NCBI RefSeq assembly: GCF_006345805.1
Contig: NC_043010.1
Span: forward strand, 13,702,001 to 13,766,000
DNA length: 64,000 bases
Source: Octopus sinensis
Taxonomy: Eukaryota
Direction: 5' to 3'
Every line of letters begins with the position of its first letter. Position 1 is the first letter of the stretch. Shown in pieces: positions 12,986-23,550 of the stretch. A program made the position numbers and the translations under genes. The notes below the pieces were generated by a model. That model saw nothing but the letters and a program-made list of their open reading frames with translations, was not told the origin of the DNA and ran no database searches.

Positions 12986-13395
12986 GGATCTTTTCGAATG
13001 AAAGGCAGTTTTTTAAAATAATTTCCACCTAACTAAACACTTTTAAACTTCGTATACTGGTAGAATGGGTTTATAAAACATCTTTTTCTCTTGGCTTTAT
13101 TGAGAAAATTCTATATTTTGTAAGATTTTTGTTGTTGTTTTTTTCTTCAATTTCTGCAATTTCAACCAATAAGTGACGTCTATTGAGGTGAAAACATTCT
13201 GTGCCGTATGAATATGTCCCTCGTTTAAGAAACAGATTAGGTTTATTTACATTTGTAAAGAAAAAAAGATACCCTTCCCCCCACCCCTAATCCTAACCCT
13301 AAAACAGATTGAAATGCAATAGATCGATACTAGGGTCATAATTATGGGTGACAATTTCATATGACACCGCTAGAATTTTTTTACCGAAAAGATCC
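12986..13395. mobile_element. MITE with GGATCTTTTCG termini and perfect 8-bp TSD (GTATCTTG)
   Basis: TSD at 12978-12985 and 13396-13403; inverted second copy at 43710-44124. Confidence 0.9.
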
Positions 13396-14445
13396 GTATC
13401 TTGTCCTTTTAAATTGATGTACCTAAAATAGGTGAAGGTAAAGAATACGCACACCCGATGTTAACAGTCAGGGTTTTTTGTTGCATCGAAAACGAGTGGT
13501 GTGCGTATTCTTTACCTCCGCCCCCTAACACATTCGAATGTTATAATTACAATATTGTATCTGTAAAACGTTCTTTATATATTTTCTTGTGTCTAGGGAG
13601 AGTCGCTACGCATAAACAAAAGCGAAATTATTTATATACCACTTTATAATGGTATATAAACTAAGTCTTAAGTGAACCAAACGAGATAGGTGCTTGTGTG
13701 TGTTAAATTGCAGTACTTGTTCTGTATACTTTGAATTATACAGACTTAAACAAAGTGTATATAACGGTTTATTTATATATGTATGTGTGCGTGTGTTCTT
13801 AAACATCTCTCCTCCTTATTTCACATAATTGTTTGAGCTCACAATCAAGTTAATTAGTCAAACAAATACTATTCTGAATTTTTATTTTATAATTTCCATT
13901 GGATATGGGGGTTCAGCTAAATTTTATGCACATTTCAAATGCAAAATATAAAATTAATTTATGATTTTCTTAATTTTTTTAATTAACTTCTTTAGTGCGT
14001 AGTTAATTAAACCACTTTGTCTTAATATTATTGTTTGTATATGTTTTTAGCTAAGCTTATTTTCATGTTTATTATCCCCAAATATTTCATCGAATATTTT
14101 TTCTAGTATTCTTTTATAATTAATTAATCCTTATAAAGTTAAATTGCCACTGATTTTTACGTAGTAGAAACTAATTAAAGCATTATATTATGCATTGATA
14201 TAGATTTAAACAAAATGAAACCATGACCAAATCACGGAACACTGAAAGAACTTCAGTGTATAAGTTGTTTAGCCCAGAGTCAATCACGATCGAGCAATAA
14301 TCAAAAGCTGTCTAGGCATGGCCATCCTGTCTTTTGGAAGCATATGTCGGACTACCTTCCCAGATGTGTCCATTATCTAAGAGTGCTGCTGCTTCTTCGA
14401 GTTAACTTGGCGACAGGCACCAGTTGTTTACGCTACTACTATCCT

Positions 14446-14772
14446 GATATTGGTCTTTATATAGCCGAGGTCGACTTTGCCTTTCATCCTCTCGGGGTCA
14501 ATAAATAAAGTACCAGTTTCGCACTGGGTCGATGTAATCGACTCAATCCCTTTGTCTGTCCTTGTTTGTCCCCTCTATGTTTAGCCCCTTGTGGGCAATA
14601 AAGAAACAGATATTGGTCTTTATATAGCCGAGGTCGACTTTGCCTTTCATCCTCTCGGGGTCAATAAATTAAGTGCCAGTTATGTACTGGGGTCGATGTA
14701 ATCTACTCAATCCCTTTGTCTGTCCTTGTTTGTCCCCTCTATGTTTAGCCCCTTGTGGGTAGTAAAGAAATA
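14446..14772 (+). repeat. 163-bp tandem duplication containing the 3' half of a family-B SINE plus 5' flank
   Basis: gatattggtctttatatagccgaggtcg starts at 14446 and at 14609. Confidence 0.9.
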
Positions 14773-15155
14773 TATATACAATTATTAGGTTTTGAGTTTT
14801 AAAATATATTATTTGTATCTTGAACTCGCGGTATAAATAGATATATTTTTGACCCGTGTTTACTGTTTTAGTGTGCTGCTAGTCGTTCTAATTCTCCCCT
14901 AATTAATGTCAATGTTGCTAACTGCCTCTGGGTGTTTCTATTTTTTCCTCGGCTAAATTGAAATTTTCAATTTACAATTTTTGTGGCATTCAGTACATCA
15001 CCGTTTGACTTAATTATTCAAATTTGTGTCATTGGTTCGTTCGAGTTACTTCTTAGCCTCATTTTAATTATATTTTATAAGATTTTTTAGCGTAGTCCAA
15101 AAGCATGTCTACGTATGAGAACGTGAAGAATCGCTCTCAACCTTATTTTAATATA

Positions 15156-15322
15156 TACTCTTTTACTTGTTTCAGTCATTTGACTGCGGCCATGCTGGAG
15201 CACCGCCTTTAGTCGAGCAAATCGACCTGGGGACTTATTCTATCGGTCTCTTTTGCCGAACCGCTAAGTGACGGGGACGTAAACACACCAGCATTGGTTG
15301 TCAAGCAATGCTAGGGAGACAA

Positions 15323-15355
<33 letters not shown>

Positions 15356-15529
15356 CATATATACGACAGGCTTCTTTCAGTTTCCGTCTACCAAATCCAT
15401 TCACAAGGCATTGGTCGGCCCGAGGCTATAGCAGAAGACACTTGCCAAAGGTGCCACGCAGTGGGACTGAACCCGGAACCATGTGGTTGGTAAGCAAGCT
15501 ACTTACCACACAGCCACTCCTGCGCCTAT
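15156..15529 (-). mobile_element. Family-A SINE
   Basis: Full-length copy. Confidence 0.9.
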
Positions 15530-16061
15530 GCAAGTTTGTCATTAAGTCATTCCAGAAGAAGAAAAAAAAACGCATTCACAATTTAACGAAAAGAAATGTT
15601 TTCCTTATAACTTAGAATTATTTATTCAATGTAAACACGTTTTAATTTGAAGAAAATGCTTACGATATAACTCCATACGCAGATGAAGATTTATTCAATT
15701 AAAATATAAGCAGAAAAAAGTTGAGTATTATTTATACAGGCAGCTGAATCTTTACTGTTGTCGGTAAAAGGGTTTCTAACAAAATGTTAAAACCTGCTTT
15801 CATGCATGCCAAAGGTCAGAGAGTGACAAAATTCGAGATTTCAGTTCTGCCATTTTAGTCAAACTTTTAACTATAGCAGGACCAAATAAAATGTTGGGGT
15901 AGAAGATATTGTATTTCCTAACGTTTGTACTATCATTGAGTGCAAGTTTTGTATATGGTAACACAGACATAGCCATGTAGTTAAAAAGTTCACTTTGCAG
16001 CCACATGATTTCGGGTTTGATCCATCTGTAAGATGCTTTGGACAAATATTTAAAAAATTTT

Positions 16062-16437
16062 TTTACTTGTTTCAGTCATTTGACTGCGGCCATGCTGGAG
16101 CACCGCCTTTAGTCAAGCAGATCGACCCCAGGACTTGTTCTTTGTAAGCCCAGTACTTATTCTATCGGTCTATTTTGCCGAACCGCTAAGTGACGGGGGA
16201 CATAAACACACCAGCATCGGTTGTCAAGCAATGCTAGGGAAACAAACATAGACACACAAACATATACACACACATATATACGACAGGCTTCTTTCAGTTT
16301 CCATCTACCAAATCTACTCACAAGGCATTGGTCGGCCCGGGGCTATAGCAGAAGACACTTGCCCAAGATGCCACGCAGTGGGACTGAACCCGGAACCATG
16401 TGGTTGGTAAGCACGCTACTTACCACACAGCCACTTT
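16062..16437 (-). mobile_element. Family-A SINE
   Basis: Full-length copy. Confidence 0.9.
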
Positions 16438-16606
16438 CTACCATTACTTTAGGCCAGTCATGAGCAAACAGCAATCCACAGGACTTTCTGAATGGCACAC
16501 TGTCAAAAGATTACCTTGAATTACTTTCAGTAAGGTAGTTTATTACCTGATAATAAGTCGTGTCTTATGCGCCCAACGACTCAAAAGTTTTTTTAAAAAC
16601 AAAAGT

Positions 16607-16841
16607 TCTTATTTCTTTACTGCCCACAAGGGGCTAAACACAGAGGGGACGAACAAGGACAGACAAAGGGATTAAGTCGATTACAGCGACCCCAGTGCAT
16701 AACTGGTACTTAATTTATCGACCCCCAAAGGATGAAAGGCAAAGTCGACCTCGGCGGAATTTGAACTCAGAACATAACGGCAGACGAAATACCGCTAAGC
16801 ATTTCGCCCGGCGTGCTAACGTTTCTGCCAGCTCGCCGCCA
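16607..16841 (-). mobile_element. Family-B SINE, variant with ttagccccttgtgggc tail
   Basis: Intact head ggcggcgagctggcagaaacgttagc ... gagttcaaattcc. Confidence 0.9.
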
Positions 16842-17335
16842 CAAAAGTTCTGTCATTGAAAACCCTCAACATTTGACATTCACTGAAGTTTTACAAAGCT
16901 CAGGCGAAATTCTTAATACAGTATTGTTCCCATGTTTGGGACAACTGTGTTGTGCCCATATCACCATGGAGTATATCTAGAGTAAGGCCTCTTGATCGAT
17001 TGGCATAAAGTCACTCACAGACATTCTCCAGTCTCTGATCCACATGCCTATCGTTTCCTCTCCTTTTGTACTCCTATTACAATGGCCTCTGCTTCTCGGA
17101 TCTAAATGTTCTCTTGTACCACCTCTATTCAAGCATTCCTGACTTATTCATTTCACTTCCTTTTTATCACCCAAGTTGTTTCCACCCCCTAGGCCCCATA
17201 CTAATCCTTTCTTGTGTCAACATGTAACAGTTTCAGTGGAATGTTAATGGCATCAACCTCACCTGTCTCTGAGCACCTGCAAAGGTCAAGGACACTGTAC
17301 TTTTCTCTAGATCCAGCAAGTAAGAGATGGAAAGT

Positions 17336-17645
17336 GGAGGCACATGGCCTAGTGGTTAGAGCAGCGGACTTGCGGTCGAGGGATCGCGGGTTCGAATCTC
17401 AGACCAGGCGATGTGTGTGTTTATGAGCGAAAACACCTAAGCTCCACGCAGCTCTGGCAGAAGGTAATGGCGAACTTCTGCTAACTCTTTTGCCACTAAA
17501 TTTCTCTCACTCTTTCCTCCTGCATCTTGCAGCTCACCTGTGACAGACCAGCGTCCTGTCCAGGTGGGGAACCTATACGCCAAGAAACCGGGAAACCGGC
17601 CCTTATGAGCCAGGCATGGCTCGAGAAGGAACAAACAAACAAAAA
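17336..17645 (+). mobile_element. tRNA(Arg)-like SINE, family C
   Basis: A box tggcctagtggtt, B box gggttcgaatc; second copy 54633-54942(-). Confidence 0.9.
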
Positions 17646-18069
17646 ATAAGAGATGGAAACCACCTGGAAGCATGTCACCTGTTCTTTAGTAGTAAACTTA
17701 ATCTATCACTCCTTTTAACACTGCTTGTGTACCTTTTGCAGAGTTTATTCCTTTACAGATATTTACCAGACATTCTAAAGCACTATGTAATAATGCAATG
17801 CAGGATCAGATCAGATCAGATCAGATAAGTAAAAAAAATGGTTCGAAAATCTTGATAAAATTCTTCTTCCTCTAAAATGCATGTTTTATTTGTGCAAATG
17901 TGATTTGTTCATATTTCAAAAACTTAGGATCAAACAAAGCTGTTACTAATCAGCTGTTGTGAAAGTTAACATAGTATAATTGATCTGATTAATGATACAA
18001 AATATGTCAGTTTCTATACTAGAGAATATTCTTGCAACTCATCTTCAATCAGCAATAATTCTATCTTTT

Positions 18070-18390
18070 ATCTTCTGCTTGTTTCAGTCATTGGACTGCA
18101 GTCATACTGGAGCATGATCCCCCAGTACTTTTTTTTTTTTAATTTATCTGTCTATTTTACCAAACTGTTAAGTTACAGGGTCAGAAACAAACTTGTAACA
18201 TACAGTGGTGGGGATAAACACACATTCACACACATGTGCAATGAGGTTGTTTTGTTTTTTTTTCAGTTTCTGTATACCAAATCCACTCACACAGCTTTGG
18301 TCAGCACAGAACTGTCGTAGAAGACACCCAATGTCCAACATTGTGGGACTAAACCCTAGACAACATGGTTAGGGAGAAAACTTCTGTGCC
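18070..18390 (-). mobile_element. Family-A-related SINE, old
   Basis: Degenerate gtttcagtcattggactgcag ... gtgggactaaaccc. Confidence 0.65.
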
Positions 18391-18409
18391 TAGAGAAGTT
18401 TTAGTTTAA

Positions 18410-18979
18410 CCCTTTAGTGTTCAGATTATTCTGACAAATGTGATGTTTGTTTATTTAAAATGGTTTGAATTAATCATGCATTAATCTTGTAGTTTAGAGA
18501 TTTCGGTGATGTGATTTTTTTAGTTTTAGAATGACATGGTAGGGCTGAGGTGAGAGGCGAGAGCTGGTCAGTTTCAATATAAAACAGGTTAAATATTTTG
18601 GCCAGATATGGCCGGTTTGAATGCTAAAGGGTTAATGCATTAAAGTTAAAAATGCAAAACAACTTGGTTTTCATTGTTGTACTTTTAAAGATTTTCAAAA
18701 TAACTTTAAGGACCAGAAGCAGAAATCAAAATCAGAATCGTTAATATGACTTGAGATTTTGAGATTATTTAACCCTTTAGTGTTCAGATTACTTTGTCAA
18801 ATGTAAAGCTTATTTATTCACACTGTTTTGAATTAATTAACTTTGTAGCTTTGAGATTTCACTGATGTGATTAATTTTAGGACATTGGTGGGTTGGTGTA
18901 AGATGCTGGATGTAGCTAGTTTGATCATAAAACAGGTAGAATATTTGGGTCAGATGTAGCCAGATTAAAGGCTAAAAGG
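18410..18979. mobile_element. Two adjacent piggyBac-type MITEs (18410-18631, 18773-18979)
   Basis: TTAA|CCCTTTAG ... CTAAAGGG|TTAA; the second copy has the same body. Confidence 0.8.
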
Positions 18980-19129
18980 TTAAGGTGTATAAACTTGTCA
19001 ATATCAGGAAACGTGTTTGGTTAGTAAAGTGTTGAGGTTACAACTCTATGAGTCATGTTTTCAAAACTTACCTCAGTTATATTTGTTGTGCTTTTATGCA
19101 AGGTTTGTTAGTTTGTTCAAACTTCCTCT

Positions 19130-19561
19130 CTTTACTCTTTACTCTTTTACTTGTTTCAGTCATTTGACTGCGGCCATGCTGGAGCACCACCTTTAATCGA
19201 GCAACTCAACCCCTGGACTTATTCTTTTGTAAGCCCAGTACTTATTCTATCGGTCTCTTTTGCCGAACCACTAAGTAACGGGGACATAAACACACCAGCA
19301 TCGGTTGTCAAGCAATGCTAGGGAGACAAACATACTCACACAAACACACACACACACACCACACACACATATATATATATATATATACATATATACGACG
19401 GACTTCTTTCAGTTTCCGTCAACCAAATCCACTCACAAGTCTTTGGTCGGCCGGAGGCTATAGCAGAAGACACTTGCCCAAGGTGCCACGCAGTGGGACT
19501 GAACCCGGAACCATGTGGTTGGTAAACAAGCTACTTACCACACAGCCACTCCTGCGCCTAT
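19130..19561 (-). mobile_element. Family-A SINE
   Basis: Full-length copy with (ctctttta)n tail. Confidence 0.9.
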
Positions 19562-19818
19562 TTTAACTTCTTATCATTTTCCTCAATATCCTCCACAGTT
19601 TCCAGTGTGTGGGATGTGGACTCAACACTAGTCAGTTCACTTTTGCCATTGGTTCTTATTTGTAGCAAGGACAACAGTTTCACTAAATCTAATAATACAT
19701 CTAGCTAAGTCTTCATTAACTTGGACATCCATTTTCCCATGCTTACATGGGTCAAATAAGTCTTCTCCAGTATTGTCTGACCACTTGTTACTTTCCTTTG
19801 TTATTTCCATCATCATGT

Positions 19819-20122
19819 GATCACCGTGACCGACCAGACCATCAGATGTTGCTACACATTGCTGGTCACAATGCGTTCGCATTGTTTTTTTAGCCTTCGA
19901 ATGACACCACCCCGCTGACTAAGCGAGCAGGCCAACAGAAGAAAGAGTGAGAGGAGGAGTGATGAAAGAGTACAGCAGGGATCACCACCCCCTGCCGGAG
20001 CCTCGTGGAGATTTTTAGGTGTTTTCGCTCAATAAACACACACAATGCCCGGTCTGGGAATCGAAACCGCGATCCTACGACCGCGAGTCCACTGCCCTAA
20101 CCACTGGGCCATTGCGCCTCCA
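19819..20122 (-). mobile_element. tRNA(Arg)-like SINE, family D
   Basis: Head ggaggcgcaatggcccagtggttaggg; copies at 32492(+) and 42497(-). Confidence 0.9.
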
Positions 20123-20485
20123 CATTTCCATCATAAAGTTACATATTCTAAGATCATCCTTCATCACTTCATCTTACATCTTCGTCTTGTCTTGTCCAGG
20201 CACTTCCCACTTGGACTGCTTGTCATTTCATCCAAATTGTTCAGCTTTATATGCAACATGTCTCTAATTCAATGAATGCACGTCTTTCACAAAGCCCTTC
20301 CAGCATGTTAAATTTTACTTTTGTAATTCAAAAGAGTCTGTCTGGTAGATCCCACTCTTTTTTTCATATGAAACAAAACAGTTTGAGAAAGAAATTTCTA
20401 GTGATCCGATTAGAGATATTTGGCCTTCGTACATCATCTCCAGTCAAAATCTCTTTGGATTGTAAAATGCTATTAGCTGTTCTTT

Positions 20486-20529
<44 letters not shown>

Positions 20530-20538
<9 letters not shown>

Positions 20539-20864
20539 GGCAAAATGTCTGTGTGTGTGTCCTTTATACAAATTCAAAATTTTTCAGTTAGAGGGCTCGC
20601 ACTTTTTATGGTGGTTGTGCACATCTTTACATTTCCCCAGTCACCCTGCAAAGCCATTAAAAAGTCAATAGAAGTGGCTGTTTTGTGAATTTTCTATCCA
20701 AAACCCAATCAAAATGCCCAAAACTTGATACGCCAGTTGAATGCCAGCTAGCTGTATGTGATTGGTCGGAGATTTGGACAGTACTCGCGTGTATGTGCGC
20801 ACGCACGCAGCTTTATATGCATGCACTAGCACTATGACCCAGCATTGCCGGGTCATAGTGCTAG
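20530..20864 (+). mobile_element. Non-autonomous Helitron, family H1 copy 1
   Basis: 5' end merges with (TA)n; 3' terminal palindrome ending CTAG|T; homologous to 36150 and 53208. Confidence 0.8.
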
Positions 20865-20910
<46 letters not shown>

Positions 20911-21183
20911 TGCAAATGGTTTACAAATTTAATTTGTTCCTGAAGGCCATTCATTTTTTAAGCCAGAACTATTTTTCTCATAGGAAATTCAAGAGAAGGC
21001 ATGGTGAATTCAAGCAGGGATGTGTATTGAGCGAAAGTTAGTCAACAGCTGACACTCCCCCACTGATATTCCCAGCTTGTCACTAAACATTGTTGTTGGC
21101 TTGTATGTTCGTTACCTGAAACACCATTTATCACCTGAGATGTTTTATGTTAAAAAAATTGTCTGATCCAATGTGTGTGTGTA

Positions 21184-21525
21184 TGAAGGCGCATGGCTCA
21201 GTGGTTGTAGTATCGGGCTCATAATCATGAGGTAATGAGTTCGATTCCCAGACTGGGCTGTGTGTTGTATTCTTGAGCAAGATACTTTATTTCATATTGT
21301 TCCAGTTCGTTCAGCTGTAGAAATGAGTTGTAATGTCCCTGGTGCCAAGCTGTATCAGCCCCTTTGCCTTTCCCTTGGATAACATCGGTGCCGTGGATAG
21401 GGGAGACTGGAATGCAAGGGCAACTGCTGGTCTTCCATAAACAACTTTACCCCGACTTGTGCTTCAGAGGGGAACTTTCTAGGTGCAATCCCATGGCTAT
21501 TCATAACCGAAGGGGATTTTCACCC
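21184..21525 (+). mobile_element. tRNA-derived SINE, family E
   Basis: gaaggcgcatggctcagtgg ... gagttcgattccc ... cagctgtagaaatgagttg; second copy 32055-32400. Confidence 0.85.
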
Positions 21526-21625
21526 TAGATATATGTATATAAAGGAAAGGAGTTCCTTCAAAGGGGTGTGTAAAACTTCAGATTCATTGGTACATCAGTT
21601 GGATACCACATAAATATATATATAT

Positions 21626-22035
21626 ATAGGCGCAGGAGCTGCTGTGTGGTAAGTAGCTTGCTAACCAACCACATGGTTCCGGGTTCAGTCCCACTGCGTG
21701 GCATCTTGGGCAAGTGTCTTCTGCTATAGCCTCGGGCCGACCAATGCCTTGTGAGTGGATTTGGTAGACGGAAACTGAAAGAAGCCCGTCGTATAATATA
21801 TGTATATATATACATATGTGTGTATGTTTGTGTCTGTGTTTGTCCCCCTAGCATTGCTTGACAACCGATGCTGGTGTGTTTATGTCCCCGTCACTTAGCG
21901 GTTCAGCAAAAGAGACCAATAGAATAAGTACTGAGCTTACAAAGAATAAGTCCCAGGGTCGATTTGCTTGACTAAAGGCGGTGCTCCAGCATGGCCACAG
22001 TCAAATGACTGAAACAAGTAAAAGAGTAAAGAGTA
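21626..22035 (+). mobile_element. Family-A SINE
   Basis: Full-length copy. Confidence 0.9.
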
Positions 22036-22460
22036 TATTGGATGGTTCAACCGGGGAAATGGGAAGCCAGGAGGCTGCACCAGGCCCAGTCTGATCTCAC
22101 AGTGTTTCTACAGCTGGATGCCCTTCCTAACGCCAACCACTCCATGAGTGTAGTGGGTGCTTTTTGCGTGCCACCGGCACAGGTGCCAGGTGAGGCTGGC
22201 AACGGCCACGATCGGATTGGTGCCTTTTACGTGCCACCAGCACAGAAGCCAGTCAAGGCGACACTGGCATCGGCCACGTTCGGATGGTGCTTTTTACGTG
22301 CCACCGGCACAGGGATCACAACTGCAGTCTCCTCAAGCACAGGGTCGAAACGGTGTTTCTTTACTTGCCACCTGCACAGGAGTCAGTCCAGTGGCCCTGG
22401 CAACTGCAGGGTGCCAGTCATAGGATTGGTTCAATTTCGATTCCGATTTCACTTGCCCCA
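22030..22460 (-). mobile_element. RTE-type LINE 3' UTR fragment with ~65-bp subrepeats
   Basis: Carries ctacagctggatgcccttcctaacgccaacc (also at 52700) and repeated ggtgctttttacgtgccaccggcac blocks. Confidence 0.65.
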
Positions 22461-23220
22461 ACAGTATGTATATATATACATACTTTATTTAAAAGTAGCA
22501 AAAAACCATATTACTCTACCTCTGGTATTTGAGTACTCTTTTTTTTTACATCTTGTTTCACATTTATGTACTTACTCCGATGTGTGTGTGTATATATATA
22601 TATATATATAATATATATATATATGAGAGAGAGAGAGAGAATGACTTTCAAGCACAAATAATGAAATTTCCATCATAGTTTGAATGAAAATAAATACAAA
22701 TATAGATACTACGGTCTTATTAATTTTCTAAAACCGATAAATGATTTGCCATGATTTTTTAAAAAACTAATTTGTTTCATCCTGTAAGATATTGATATCC
22801 TTTATATGTAATTTGGAATGTTTGCTATTTTGTGGGTTAAATTAATAAAACTGTGTTAAGAACATCTTAACCTTTCTTTAGAATGGTTAAAACGTCCTTA
22901 GTACAGTTAGTACTCAGTACATTCTCTAAAGAGAATTGAGAAGAGTATCTGGCCATACATTACCAAATATGGAACTTATAAGTAAGCCATAGTCCTCCAA
23001 CTCATCATGAAGACTAGTAACTCTGAATAAGAACCGACTTGAATTGTGGCAACCTGTCCAGCTCGTACCAGTATAGAGAGTGGATATAAAATGATGTATT
23101 GATTTCAGCATTTTTGGTATAGTTATGAATAGCCTTATGCATTTATAGACAAGATATTGATATTTAGGAAGATTGTTGTATTTCAGAAAGAATAAAATTA
23201 AAATCTTTTGTGAAACTGAT

Positions 23221-23266
23221 TTTTTTTTTTCTTTTTTCTTTTTTTTTTTTTTTATTGTCTTTCCAG
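23221..23266 (+). promoter_or_regulatory. Strong polypyrimidine tract and splice acceptor for a 5'UTR exon of ZF1
   Basis: About 40 nt of T/C followed by ttccAG at 23265-23266; the downstream sequence has stops in all frames, so it is non-coding leader. Confidence 0.55.
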
Positions 23267-23550
23267 TGAATAAAGTTTCCAAGCTCTGAAAATGAACACC
23301 TCAAGGATGTGAATATCCGAAGCAACACCACTGCCACCAACACCATCAACCATAATAATAACAGAAATTTGAAAGAACATCCATTGACTGCTGTATTACT
23401 GTTCACTCACTGCTGAAGGTTGTCTTTTAAATTTCAAAAAAATTCACTTGATTTTACCCGTTTCATTTATAAAGAAGTGTTTTTCTTATCTAAAACTAAA
23501 ATTTTTGAAATGGTTTCACACAGTTGAATAAAAACTACAAAATTGTGACA

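Noticed and set aside
16975-17320. Higher-complexity segment that might be a LINE relic or exon
   Set aside because: No recognisable motif or splice pair.
17336-17410. tRNA gene candidates at SINE heads (also 20050, 21190, 32060, 32495)
   Set aside because: A/B boxes are present but acceptor stems do not close, and each continues into a SINE body.
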